Assembly: GCA_963796965.1 (NCBI GenBank)
Contig: CAWCNS010000006.1
Coordinates: forward strand, 481,179-545,178
Reading direction: 5' to 3'
From: Calditrichia bacterium
Lineage (GTDB): Bacteria; Calditrichota; Calditrichia; JAJRVZ01
Length of the DNA stretch: 64,000 nucleotides
Numbering within the stretch: position 1 is the first letter of the stretch; every line of letters starts with the position of its first letter. The translations under genes were made by a program, and so were the position numbers. The notes below the pieces were generated by a model that was given only the letters and a program-made list of their open reading frames with translations, made no database searches and had not been told where the DNA came from. Shown here piece by piece: positions 1-12,155 of this stretch.

Positions 1-207
1 TCATGCAAATGTTAAGCCTTAGTCTATACTCTCAGATCATTACTAAATATAACAGATAAATTTCAATTTGGTTTTAAAAGATCTTTAGGTTACAGTTTTG
101 TTATTAACTAAACGAGATTTAAAATCCTGATATCTTTTACTGCGTACTCTGCGTCTCTGCGAGAAATGAACTGCAGAGGTCTATAAATTCAGTCAGTTTT
201 AACCAAT

Positions 208-243
208 AAAAAAATCCGACCAATAACCCCTCTTGATCGGATT
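208..243 (-). terminator. Intrinsic terminator downstream of nrdJ
   Basis: Minus strand reads AATCCGATCAA-gaggggtta-TTGGTCGGATT followed by a T run, about 40 nt after the nrdJ stop. Confidence 0.7.
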
Positions 244-280
244 AAATTCATAATTTATAATTCTACATTCTTAATTGCTT

Positions 281-3200
281 CTACGAGCATCCCATCGAAT
301 TACCACAGTTAAGACAACGATAACAGGTACCATTTCGAACAGTAATATGTCCGCAGGCATCACAGGGTGGTGCATCGCCATCCAAATTTGAAAGGAAGGT
401 ATCTACTTGGGTATGGTCTTTTGATTGAATCCTGTCGATCACTGTTTTTTCTTCAATATCTTTGGCTACATCATAAGATGTATCATCAACTTCTGTAGGG
501 GGGACCTGGATCAAATCTTTTCGATCAAGATAGTCTGATGCTAATATCCGGAATATAAAATCCAAAGGAGAAGTAGCATTTCGAACATTTGGATGATCTG
601 TGAAACCAGAAGGATCAAAACGGGTATAAATGAATTTCTCTACAAATTTTTCTAATGGTACACCGTATTGAAGACCAAGACTGACAGCTACCGCAAAACA
701 ATTTAAGAGACTCTTATAAGAAGCTCCAGCTTTAAACATATCAATAAAGATCTCGCCAATCTGTCCGTTTTCATATTCACCTGTCCTGAAAAATATTCGC
801 TGTCCACCTATTGTTGCAGCATAGTTATATCCAGTTCGCTTCGGAGGCAATCTTAATTTGTCTCCGCGGTGAACGATATCCTTTAATGCCTCCTTTAGGA
901 GTGCTTCTGTTTTATCTTTGAGAGAATCTTCTTCAGTATCATCGCTATTACTGCTTCCGCTGCTCAAAGGTTGTGATCCTTTCGAGCCATCGCGGTAAAT
1001 GGCGATCGCTTTGAGACCAAGTTTCCAGGCCTGGGTGTATATTTCACGAATATCATCTACGGTTGCCTCACCAGGCATGTTCACAGTTTTTGAGATAGCC
1101 CCTGAAAGGAAAGGTTGTACCGCAGACATCATTTTTACATGTCCAATAGGCTCAATAAAGCGTTGGCCGGTACCACATTTGTTTGCTGTATCAAAAACCG
1201 GATAATGCTCCTCTTTTAAATGTGGTGCACCTTCTATTGATTCAGTACCATTAATATAGAGAATGGTTTCCTGAATCTGGATCCTACTCAAACCTCTTTC
1301 CATTAACTCTTTAGGATTGACATGCTTGGTAAATTCATTGAGCATCTTCATTTGTTCAACATCAGAACGGGCCTCTTCTATTTCCTTTTCACTGTATCCC
1401 AAATTAGAAAGTGCTTCGGGATTAATATGGGGTGCATTATCTAAAGAATCATGTCCTAGGACATAGGATACGATGTCAAGAATATCGTCACTGGAGTAGC
1501 CAAGTGTTTTTAAGGCTCGTGGAAGAGATTGATTAATTATTTTAAAATATCCACCACCGGCGAGTTTTTTCCATTTTACCAGCGAAAAATCAGGTTCTAC
1601 GCCCGTTGTGTCACAATCCATTAGCAGTCCAATGGTTCCGGTTGGAGCTAATACAGTTGCTTGTGCGTTGCGATATCCATATTCTTTACCCAACTCAATT
1701 GCCCGGTCCCAATCCTCGCGGGCTGATTGTAGTAAATAGTCAGGACAGTCATTTGCACTTATGCCTTCCACAGCTTTACGGTGCATCTGCATGACATTGA
1801 GCATTGGCTCACGATTTGTAGAAAAACCATTAAAAGCTCCTTTTAACCTTTGCTATCTGTGCAGAAACAGAATAAGCATGACCCGTCATTATCGCGGTAA
1901 TAGCGCCGGCTTGCGCTAATGCTTCAGGACTGTCATAAGGAATGCCCTGAACCATAAGTAAGGTGCCAAGATTTGCATATCCAAGACCCAGGGGGCGGAA
2001 ATCATGGCTTTTTTGAGCAATTCCGTCCGTCGGGTAAGATGAAAGATCCACGAGTATTTCCTGAGCGATAAAAAGCATCTCACAGGTATGTCGATAACCC
2101 TCAACATCAAACTCGCCATCCTCATTTAAAAATTTTATAAGGTTTACAGAAGCAAGGTTGCAGGCAGAATTATCTAGAAACATATATTCAGAACATGGAT
2201 TTGAAGCATTAATCGGGCCGGTGTTTGGACAGGTATGCCAGCGATTGATGGTATCATGAAATTGTAAGCCAGGATCGGCTGTTGCCCAGGCAGCTTTGGA
2301 TATTTCCTCCATAATATGTTCAGCTTTAAAGGTCTTTGCTACTTCTCCGGATAATCTGAACTTGGTATTCCAGGATTCCTTACTCTCGACAGCACGCATA
2401 AAATCATCAACAACCCGAACCGAATTATTAGAGTTTTGTCCGGAGACAGTGCGATAGGCTTCACCATTAAAATCTGAAGGGTATCCGTTATCGATTAACG
2501 ATTTGGCTTTACTTTCTTCTCTCACCTTCCATTGAATAAAATCAATAATTTCGGGATGATCCACGTCAAGAATCACCATCTTTGCAGCACGTCTGGTCGT
2601 TCCACCTGATTTCGTTGCTGCCGCACCTTTATCCAGTACCTCAAGAAAGGAGAGCAGACCTGAAGAAGTTCCACCACCGCTTAATTTCTCATCTTTACTT
2701 CGCAAAATAGAAAAATTTGTACCTGTACCGGAACCAAACTTAAAAAGTTTAGCCTCTGTTTTTACGAGGTCAAATATTGACATTAAGTCGTCATTAACAG
2801 CATTAATAAAACAGGCGGATCCCTGAGGATGAGAAAATGAATCGGTTGTTTCTTTGATTGTATTTGATTCAGGGTCCCAGTAGTAATTACCACCATTACC
2901 CTCGATTTTATATTTATGATAAAGACCGACATTAAACCAAACCGGTGAATTAAAAGCACCGTGTTGATTGATTAATATATGGGAAAGCTCAGCCTCAAAA
3001 CTATCGGCATCTTCTTTTGTGGCAAAGTAATTCTGGTCTTCACCAAACCAGCGGATGGTGCTTGAGATACGATTGACAACCATTTTAGCAGATGTTTCGT
3101 ATCCACTTTCCGGTACTCCAGCTCTCCTGCAATATTTTGAAGCAAGAATATCCGTAGCGAATTGTGACCATGTTTTTGGAACTTCCAGGTTTTTAAGCTC

Positions 3201-3428
3201 AAAAACTACTTCGCCATTTGGCTCTGTTATTTTGGAACTTCGCCTCTCGTAAATGACTTCATCAAGCGGATCAGAATCTTTTTTTGTAAAGAGTCTATCA
3301 ACACGTAAACCGCTCTGACTACCAGGGATAGTGTCCTCATGCGGGTTTTCGCTCTGGGTTTCGGTTACAATTACAGAATCGTTGGACTTTTCGGAGAATA
3401 AATCCGAGACTAATGGCTTAGAGGACAT
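281..3428 (-). CDS. nrdJ: Class II (adenosylcobalamin-dependent) ribonucleotide reductase; split by one frameshift near 1843
   Basis: Motifs FNSPVWFN, PQGSACFI, KSGGTTRRAAKM, ASNPCSEY, LGLGYANLG, APTGTIG, TSCPD-type C-terminal domain and CxxC...CxxC-GCS tail. Removing one A from GTT AAAA GGA joins ORFs 1830-3428 and 281-1804 as AKVKGAFNGFSTNREPMLNVM. Confidence 0.95.
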
Positions 3429-3785
3429 ACATTACCCCATTTAGAGAAGTTAGATAAATCTATTATTTATATTTATTTAAGCGGTTGAATTATATATAGG
3501 TCGAATTTTCAACACTCAAGAATTTTAAAACCAATCTGAGGATAGATTTTATTCCGACGAACACAAATAAGTTGACCGACGTAGTTCAAATATACGAAAA
3601 ATATTTTAGCTGAAAAGTTTTTTTTGGGGCTTGATTTTCAGAAAAAAAAGTCAATTTTTATATTTACAAGAGCTTAGGAAGACAAATTTTTTTTTATTTT
3701 TTTTTTATCTTCTAAAACGGGGAAATTTTTACAGAAAGAGGATGTGTTTTTAAGTAAATATTTACAGGATAAAACAAACAATTTA

Positions 3786-4173
3786 TTAATTATTGGCTTG
3801 ACCATATTTATTCTGGAGAATTCTTAATCGATCCAGACTTTTTATGGGATTATAGCCAGGGCCATTTCCAAAAGCAGAAAATTGTGCGCCTATCAAACAT
3901 TCACTTTCAAGGGAATCATTGTTAATCCATTTGACTCTGCCGTAAAGACGTAATTCTTCTTCACCTGGAATATGAATTTCAACAGATACAGGCTCTCCCC
4001 TACCGACTTTTTTCTCGGAAGCGAAACATATTCCACTTTTGGTAAGATTAAAGAAGCTGCATGGGTTTGGAATAGCGCTCCAGAAACCCAAGTTTATTTC
4101 GACGACGAAAAATAACGGAAGCGCCTGGAATCTTCATTCTATCAAAAGCACGTTTATCGCTCTTTGTTGTCAC
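3786..4173 (-). CDS. PilZ-domain (putative c-di-GMP-binding) protein; frameshift near 4052
   Basis: GTG at 4173 after GAGGTGAGG gives MTTKSDKRAFDRMKIPG (RxxxR). Removing one T joins it to LNLTKSGICF (NxxxxG) and LYGRVKW. Confidence 0.7.
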
Positions 4174-4394
4174 CCTCACCTCATAAATCAATATTATGCA
4201 CCGATTATCCTCAATCAGTAAACTGCAAAAATATAACCTAAAAAACTGTGATAATCATCACGAAATAAAAAAAACATCATATTTTTTTTGAAATTGCCAC
4301 ATTGGAATGGTTCTCTGTCGGAATCGATGTTGAATTTTTTTTTTTATTGTTTAAATAACTCATATTAAAAACCTACCAATAGATTGGAGATGTC

Positions 4395-5693
4395 ATGACT
4401 ATGAGATCCGGTCCGGAACCATCAAAGCTTTATAGATGGCTTGTTCTTGTATTTGTCAGTTTGGCTATGTTTGGCAATTATTATATTTATGATAGTATCG
4501 CACCGATTGCAGATATTTTGAAATCTGATCTGGGATTTACAGATGAGAATATTGGACAAATGTATTCCGTTTATAGCATAGCGGCTATTCTAATCTTATT
4601 GATTGGCGGCGTTATTATTGATAGATATGGTACAAAAATTACAATTCTGGTATTCTCGATTGTAAGTGCTGTCACTGCTGTTGTTACATGGACTTCCCCT
4701 GATCTTAATGTAATGTTAATTGGTCGCGTAATACTAGGCTTGGGGTCTGAACCACTAATTGTTGCGATTACTACGGCCCTGGCAAAATGGTTTAAGGGAA
4801 AGGAATTAAGTTTTGCCTTCGGATTAAATTTAACCATTGCCCGACTAGGGTCCGTCGCTGCTGATAATTCCCCGAGTTGGGGTGGATCGTTTTATAATAA
4901 CTGGCAAGACCCTTTGTTTTTAGCCGTTATTGTATCTATAAGTTGTGTGGTTGGTGGGATCGGCTACTGGTTGTTGGAGAGTAATGCAGAGCGGAAGTAC
5001 TATTTAGGTGAGGCTGGGGAGACGGATAAATTTGTATTCAAAGACCTCTTTGGTTTTAATAAATCTTTTTGGTTGATTGTGGCTTTATGTGTAACCTTTT
5101 ATTCTGCTATTTTTCCCTTTAGAAGTTTTGCAATAAAATTATTTATGGAAGTTCATCAGGTAAGCAGGGAATCTGCGGGTTTTATTAATAGTATTCTCCC
5201 AATGTCAGCAATGGTTGCTACACCACTTTTTGGATTATTGGCGGATAAGATTGGAAAAAGAGCCTTATTAATGGCGGCAGCATCAGTTCTATTTCTACCT
5301 GTTTATCTCTTGATGGTATATACCGATATTAGTCTCTATGTACCAATTATTTTGATGGGAATCGCCTTCTCTCTGATACCAGCGGTAATGTGGCCTTCGG
5401 TGGCTTACATTGTCGAAGAACGTAAACTGGGTACCGCTTATGCTGTAATGACATTAATACAGCAAATTGGTGTCGCATTATTTAATTGGATGATTGGTCT
5501 GGCAAATGATTATGCCGGGGCGAGCCCGGAGAATCCGGATGGATATATCCCGGGAATGTGGATATTTTCCATTTTGGGTTTTTTAGGACTTACATTTGCC
5601 TATCTACTTCGTAAACAGGAAACAGGTCCTGAGGGTCATGGATTGGAATTAAGTATGGCAGATCGGAAGCAACAAATGAACAAAAATTCCTGA
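4395..5693 (+). CDS. MFS transporter (MFSD1-like)
   Basis: About 12 hydrophobic segments; motif A in both halves (GVIIDRYG, GLLADKIGKR); GGAG RBS. Confidence 0.9.
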   Translation: MTMRSGPEPSKLYRWLVLVFVSLAMFGNYYIYDSIAPIADILKSDLGFTDENIGQMYSVYSIAAILILLIGGVIIDRYGTKITILVFSIVSAVTAVVTWTSPDLNVMLIGRVILGLGSEPLIVAITTALAKWFKGKELSFAFGLNLTIARLGSVAADNSPSWGGSFYNNWQDPLFLAVIVSISCVVGGIGYWLLESNAERKYYLGEAGETDKFVFKDLFGFNKSFWLIVALCVTFYSAIFPFRSFAIKLFMEVHQVSRESAGFINSILPMSAMVATPLFGLLADKIGKRALLMAAASVLFLPVYLLMVYTDISLYVPIILMGIAFSLIPAVMWPSVAYIVEERKLGTAYAVMTLIQQIGVALFNWMIGLANDYAGASPENPDGYIPGMWIFSILGFLGLTFAYLLRKQETGPEGHGLELSMADRKQQMNKNS

Positions 5694-5805
5694 ATGATTA
5701 GTAAAATGTATTTTATTAAACATGTGTGAAAAGCATGTTAATGAATAAATGCACCTTTAAAAAAGTATTGAAACTACACTTCTTGATCCTATAATCATTT
5801 TATCC

Positions 5806-5876
5806 TGTCATTCTGTAAGAATCTTACTTGGCTAATTTCGGATCCCGACACCGTAGAAGATCCTTACAGGATGACA
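5806..5876. repeat. Palindromic REP-like element between convergent genes
   Basis: TGTCATTCTGTAAGAATCT ... AGATCCTTACAGGATGACA forms a 19-bp stem with one G-U pair and one mismatch. Confidence 0.7.
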
Positions 5877-5909
5877 ATTCAGAATTCCAATTAGGTGAAT
5901 AGATTAAAT

Positions 5910-6641
5910 TTATATTAACCGCCAATCAATCCAATCGGCATTAAACACGTTTGTGTCTCGTTGTTTTTTATTGAAGCGATTTGAAGCAAAAACGAGTTTT
6001 TTTCCATTTGAACTAAACATTGGAAATCCATCGAATTTATCAAAGAAGGTAATTTGTTCTAAACCACTACCATCCATATTCATGGAATAAATATCCAGAT
6101 CACCATTTCGCTGTGAAGTAAAGACAATCTTATCGCTAATAGGAGAAACCGTCGCTTCTGTATCATAACTAGCATGAGGAACGAGGACGACTGGATTGCT
6201 GCCGTCTGTGTTTGAAATATACAGATCAAAAGTGTTGTAAACTTTCCAGACATAACCTTGTGAAAAATCTGGTGGAGGCGGGCAATTTTTATTGGCACCA
6301 TGTGTACTTGCATAAATTATTCTATGCTGATCTGGTAAAAAGTAGGAACATGTCGTTCTCCCTTCACCCGTACTTACATGTGTTTTCTTAGATCCATTGA
6401 TATCCATCGTAAAAATCTGATCACATTCTAAATTTCCGTGATGACTCTGAAAGATGAGGTTCTGTTCATCCGGACTGAAATAGGCCTTGGCATTCTCACC
6501 CTCATCAGTCAACATTTTAATGTTTGAGAGATGATTCTCATTGCTGAATTTATATGAATCGACAGATTTGTCATTTTGTTTTTGGCCACATCCCCCAATG
6601 AGGGTGACAACCATAATTAATAAATGAAGGACTATTCGCAT
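5910..6641 (-). CDS. TolB-like/PD40-repeat lipoprotein (short, probably internally deleted)
   Basis: Lipobox-like GGC; PD40-type repeats YFSPDEQNLIFQS, VSPISDKIVFTS, MFSSNGKKLVFAS. Confidence 0.8.
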   Translation of the reverse strand: MRIVLHLLIMVVTLIGGCGQKQNDKSVDSYKFSNENHLSNIKMLTDEGENAKAYFSPDEQNLIFQSHHGNLECDQIFTMDINGSKKTHVSTGEGRTTCSYFLPDQHRIIYASTHGANKNCPPPPDFSQGYVWKVYNTFDLYISNTDGSNPVVLVPHASYDTEATVSPISDKIVFTSQRNGDLDIYSMNMDGSGLEQITFFDKFDGFPMFSSNGKKLVFASNRFNKKQRDTNVFNADWIDWRLI

Positions 6642-6692
6642 CGATAATCCTCAATTTATTCCACAAAAAAAGTCATTTCCCACATGTAATAT

Positions 6693-6717
6693 GTGGCCGT
6701 TCACGAACGGCCACTAC
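6693..6717 (-). repeat. GTAG-type REP hairpin / possible terminator after pckA
   Basis: Minus strand GTAG-TGGCCGTTC-GT-GAACGGCCA: GTAG head followed by a perfect GC-rich palindrome, 10 nt after the pckA stop. Confidence 0.7.
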
Positions 6718-6726
6718 TATACATTC

Positions 6727-8354
6727 CTAAACTAGAGGACCGGCGGCCTTTACGGCATCAGAAACATGTTCCCCATATTCCTTGAAGTTTTCCTTAAATA
6801 AGTCAGCTGAATTTTGCCGCTTGCTGATCATAAGCCTTTTTATCCTGCCAGGTATTCCGGGGATTTAGTATCTCGGATGGTACGCCTGCACATGATAACG
6901 GTGTTGCTAATCCGAATACAGGATCTTTCTCATAATCCACGTCATTGAGTTTGCCTTCAAGAGCAGCTGTTAATAAGGCACGTGTGTGTTTGATCGACAT
7001 TCTTTCACCTACACCATAAGCCCCTCCGGTCCATCCGGTATTAACTAACCAGGCGTTAACCTTATGTTTTTCAATTTTCTCTCCCAATATTTCAGCATAA
7101 CATGGATGGATTTAATGGCATAAATGGTGCCCCAAAACAAGTACTGAATGTTGCCTGGGGTTCTGTTATACCACGTTCTGTTCCTGCTACCTTGGCTGTA
7201 TATCCTGAGAGAAAATGATACATGGCCTGTTCCGGAGAAAGTTTCGATATTGGAGGCAAGACACCAAAGGCATCAGCGGTCAGGAAAATAATGTTTTTCG
7301 GATGTCCCCCCATCCCTTCTGGTACAATATTTCTAATATGGCTAATTGGGTAGGCTGCCCGTGTGTTTTCTGTAAAGGTATCATCATCAAAATCCGGTAT
7401 GCGCCAATGCGTATCAAAAACAACGTTTTCTAATATTGTCCCGAATTTTCTGGTGGCTTCATAAATTTCGGGTTCAGCTTCTGGCGAAAGTCGAATCGCT
7501 TTGGCATAACAACCACCTTCAAAATTAAATATTCCGTTATCGCTCCATCCGTGCTCATCATCACCAATCAATGCACGATCCGGATCAGCGGATAAGGTTG
7601 TCTTGCCTGTCCCAGATAAGCCAAAGAAGAGGGCCGAATCTCCATCTTTCCCCATATTCGCTGAGCAATGCATGGATAGGACTTTTTTATGAGGGAGTAT
7701 ATAATTCAAGATAGAGAAAACAGATTTTTTTGATTCACCGGCATAACTCGTGCCACCGATCAAAACCAGTTTCTTGGCATAATTCACAAGAACAAAAGCT
7801 TCTGAATTAGTCGCATCCATCTCTGGTACCGCGTGAAATTTCGGTAAGTTGATTATGGTAAACTCGGGTCTAAATGTTTCATATTCTTTTGGATCCTCAA
7901 TGCGAATAAACATATTTCGGGCAAAAAGGTTGTGCCATGCATATTCAGTAATTACCCGGATTGGTGTTCTGTAGTCCGGATCTGCACCAGCGTAGCAATC
8001 CTGAATAAATATATCGTTTCCTTGCAAATAGGCGAGGAGACGGGAATAAATTTTATTAAAATTTTCCTCACTAAAGGGAACATTAACTTTTCCCCAGGAA
8101 ATATGCTTCTCTGAACTGGGCTCTTTTACAATGAACTTGTCGTTAGGGGATCGACCTGTGAAAGCACCGGTTCTTACTATAACCGGACCTAGCTGGGAGA
8201 TAACACCTTCCCGGCGGCGTATGATCTGTTCATACAAAGCGGGGCGCGATAAATTCCAATATACATTGTTAATATTTCGGATTCCAAGGTACTCTAGTCC
8301 AAAACCACTACGGGCATGTCCGACATCTCTTGCTGCTAATGGTTCATCTGCCAT
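6727..8354 (-). CDS. pckA: Phosphoenolpyruvate carboxykinase (ATP); frameshifts near 7100 and 6810
   Basis: [24 protein letters not shown]-loop [37 protein letters not shown]. The C-terminus [26 protein letters not shown] lies in a shifted frame. Confidence 0.95.
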
Positions 8355-8677
8355 TTTTCCTCCAATTATTTTTTGATAATAATAATAAAATTAAACCAAA
8401 TATTTTCTCTAAATCTTTATCCAAGGAGTTGATCCGGTAAGGCAAGAAGCCCTGCTTTCACCGGTTTTTAAACATATGTGGAATTAATCGAACGCAAATT
8501 GTACACAATTATTCCTCTGTTGATTTAGACTGGTTCGGTACGATCTGTGGTGGATTGAAATTTTGACATTTTGTATATTGAAAGTACTGTATTTTTTCTT
8601 CAGATCTAAATAAATACAAACAGAAGTAGGAAATTAAACCTTTTTACCGGATTGGTCAACATATTTAGGACGGACTT

Positions 8678-11600
8678 GTGAAATTTTCAATCCAATTATC
8701 TTCCTCATGGATAATACGTATTACTAGCATGTTGCTGCTGACTAGCTGTGCTGTATTTGTAACTGAAAAGCCACATTATGAATATGATAAAATGGATGGC
8801 ACGACAGAACGAATACATAGAAAGATAGAAGATTTTCTCGAATCATGCATCGTCAATGGTTCTCCGGTTAAACTTTCAAAACATACCCGGATTGATTCTA
8901 TTGTGGTCGATGAGAATCGTGAACATATAGATATTTACCTGAACCGCTTTTTCTCTTTTATACCTTTTAGAGAAAAAAATTTAAGAGCATATAAATATGG
9001 CTGTGGAGGAGGAATTAGGTTGGTGGGATAATAACTATTCTTTCACCATTTATACAACGAATAGTACGATAGATGAATTAATACCTAATTATTATCGCTC
9101 AGACCCGGTTGATTTTAATCAGAATCGTCTGGCGAAAAAAAGATTTGTTCAACCTCCTATTGTACATAATACGAGCAAGCCCATAAGAATAGATAAGGGT
9201 TTATATGGAAAACATATTGCCCTTTGGCATAGTCATGGGTGGTATTATGAGAAGAGATATGACCGCTGGGAATGGCAAAGAGCTCGTTTATTTCAAAGTG
9301 TGGAAGATCTTGGCCCTTTAGCTTATACACTTCCCTACATTGTACCGATGTTAGAGAATGCAGGGGCAAATGTGTTTCTACCCAGAGAGCGGGATACTCA
9401 GATAAATGAAGTTGTTGTCGACAATGATTCTTTTGAGGGAAACAGTACGCAATATATCGAATCTGTAGAGGGTTCAAATTCATCCTGGAGAAGAGGACAA
9501 ACATCCGGTTTTGCAATCGGATATCCACCCTATGGGGATTGGATTAACCCTTTCAGACAAGGTTCATTTCGCTTTATCAAATCTGAAGTAATTAAAACGG
9601 CTGAAATTAGTTGGATCCCTGATATTCCTGAGAGTGGAAAATATGCGGTTTCTATTGCCTATGCCCATTCAGATTCAAATGTTAATGATGCCTCTTATAC
9701 GGTTTATCATACGGGTGGTACGACAAATTTTAAAGTAAATCAGCAAATGGGCGGACATACCTGGATATATCTTGGTGAATTCCTTTTTAAAGTAGGTGTA
9801 AACCCTGAGATTGGAAAAGTGGTCTTAAGCAATAAAAGCAGAGAATCTGGTAGAGTTGTATCGGCTGATGCTGTTCGGTTTGGTGGGGGGATGGGTAATA
9901 TCATCAGAGGAAATCAGGTCAGTGGTCGTCCACGATATATGGAGGGTGCCCGTTATTATTTACAATATGCAGGCATGCCTGATACCTTGGTATATACGCT
10001 CTCAGGATATAAGAATGACTATACAGATGATTACCGCAGCCGTGGTGAATGGGTTAACTATTTGTTAGGAGCTCCAAAAGGACCCAATAAAAACAGGATG
10101 GTTCAAGGCCTTGGAGTACCAATAGATGCTTCGCTGGCCTTTCATACCGATGCGGGTACTACAAAGAACGATACCGTTATCGGCACGTTATCGATCTATA
10201 GTACATATGACGCAGACTCTGCCCTGGTGTTTCCCGATAATGTTTCCCGTTTTGCCAACCGTGATTTTGCTGATATTTTGCAGACCCAAATTGTCGAAGA
10301 TATACGTCTGAAATATGATCCAGCCTGGAGAAGGCGAGGATTGTGGGACCGGGGCTATAGTGAAGTATTCCGACCCAACATTCCTGCCGTTTTACTGGAA
10401 CTTTTGTCCCATCAGAATTTTCTTGACATGAAATTTTTTCATGACCCCCGTTTTCGTTTTGATGTAAGTCGCTCCATCTATAAAGCAATTTTGAAATTTG
10501 TGACAACACAGAACCAGGAAACTTTTGTTGTTCAACCACTTCCTGTCAGCCATTTTCAGGCGGTTCTTGACGAGCAAAAAGAGGTTTTACTTAAATGGGA
10601 GCCCCAAAAAGATCTTTTAGAGCCATCGGCCAAGGCAAATAAATATATAGTATACAGGAGAGAAGGGGATAAAAACTTTGATAATGGTCATCTGGTTGAT
10701 AAAAATTATATGAGATTTAATGACCTCTCCCCAGGCATTATTTATAGTTTTAAAATTACGGCAATCAATGCTGGTGGAGAAAGTTTTCCTTCTGAAATCT
10801 TGTCGGTATGCCTAAATGATGGCCAGAAAGATCCTGTGTTGATTATTAATGGTTTTGATCGGGTTGCTGCCCCGGCAACTGTGAATACAGAAGAAATGCA
10901 GGGATTTGCCAACTTTTTTGATGCAGGGGTTCCGGACAAATATGAACTGGACTATACTGGAGAACAATTTAATTTTTTCCCAGGTTCACCTTGGAAAGAT
11001 GATGATGCCCCAGGATTTGGTTCAAGTTATGCTTATATGGAAAAAATGATTATACCGGGTAATACATTTGACTTTACTTATCTGCATGGCAAGGCTATTA
11101 AGGAAGCAGGTTATTCCTTTGTCTCAGCGAGCGATGAGGCGGTTATGGATAATACCTTTGATATAGAGAATTATAAGTATCTGGATCTTATTTTAGGCGA
11201 AGAGAAAAAAACCAGGCTACCCAAAGGAGGAGATAGTGTTGAGTTCATGACGATCCCCGATTCATTACAAAAAAGGATAAGCACCTTTTGTGAAAATGGA
11301 GGTAACCTGTTTATATCCGGAGCTCATATTGGAACGGATCTATTTTACCTAACACCTAAAGACACTTTCGATACAAATTTCGCACGAAACACATTAAAAT
11401 TCTTTTGGCGTACAAATTATGCTTCAAAAAGGGGCACAGTTTCGGTTACAGATTCCCTCTTCCATGCAGTGATAGATACCATTGTTTTCAATACTAATTA
11501 TAACCCGAAAATGTATAGTGTGGAAGCACCAGATGGTATCGAACCAGCAGATAAAAAGGCTAAGGTGATAATGCGTTATACAGAAAATAATATCAGTGCC

Positions 11601-11723
11601 GGAATTGCTTATAAAGGAGACTATCGGGTTGTAATATTCGGTTTTCCCTTTGAGACTATCTTGTCCGAGAAATCTAGAACCAGAGTAATGAAATCAATCT
11701 TTGGATATTTTAACCGCTACTAG
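8678..11723 (+). CDS. Large lipoprotein: Amidase_3-like domain with golvesin/CBM-like insert and FN3 (the Bacteroidota xanthan-lyase-like family); frameshift near 8990
   Basis: Lipobox LLLTSC; Zn-amidase-like WHSHG...E, FHTDA, LLELLSH; GHTWIYLG...ADAVRFG insert; FN3 LKWEP...YSFKITAINAGGES. Confidence 0.75.
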
Positions 11724-11875
11724 ATAATTGCCAATGCTAATCATTTTTACTGAGCACAGATTTTATCATTAATTTTACCAACACCAGAGTTCATCTTTAC
11801 TGGACTATTTTCAGATGGAAGCCTATTTAAGATTATACCGATGAAATTAAGAGATTACGTGAAAATGGAGAACGT

Positions 11876-11984
11876 ATCACGGATTGATATGGAAATCATA
11901 TTATTATATTTATTATGAATAATAGTGTTTATAATTTTTTTATTGTTTGCTCTTATTCAGTGGATTTCCGTGTGTATCCGTGGT
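11876..11984. repeat. 9-mer-unit inverted-repeat intergenic element
   Basis: ATCACGGATTGATATGGAAATC ... GATTTCCGTGTGTATCCGTGGT. Confidence 0.6.
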
Positions 11985-12155
11985 AAAAATTGAATTTTAT
12001 ACAACCTTTTAAATGTGTTCCCACAATTAAAGCAAATTATGTATAATACCTACAACTCCTACCTTCAAAAAAAAGTTTCAAGCTCAGAGATCGCTGTTCC
12101 AACCCTTAGATGGTTCTCCTCTTTGAGAAATTTGGAAATGCGGATAAGGAGTAAA

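Noticed and set aside
1804..1850. Programmed frameshift, intron/intein or natural NrdJa/NrdJb split in nrdJ
   Set aside because: One extra A in a short A run restores a seamless catalytic domain; there is no inserted sequence, and similar indels occur throughout the window.
3430..3785. NrdR boxes or cobalamin riboswitch upstream of nrdJ
   Set aside because: Only a weak single match (CCTATATATAAT on the minus strand), no tandem box and no B12-box features.
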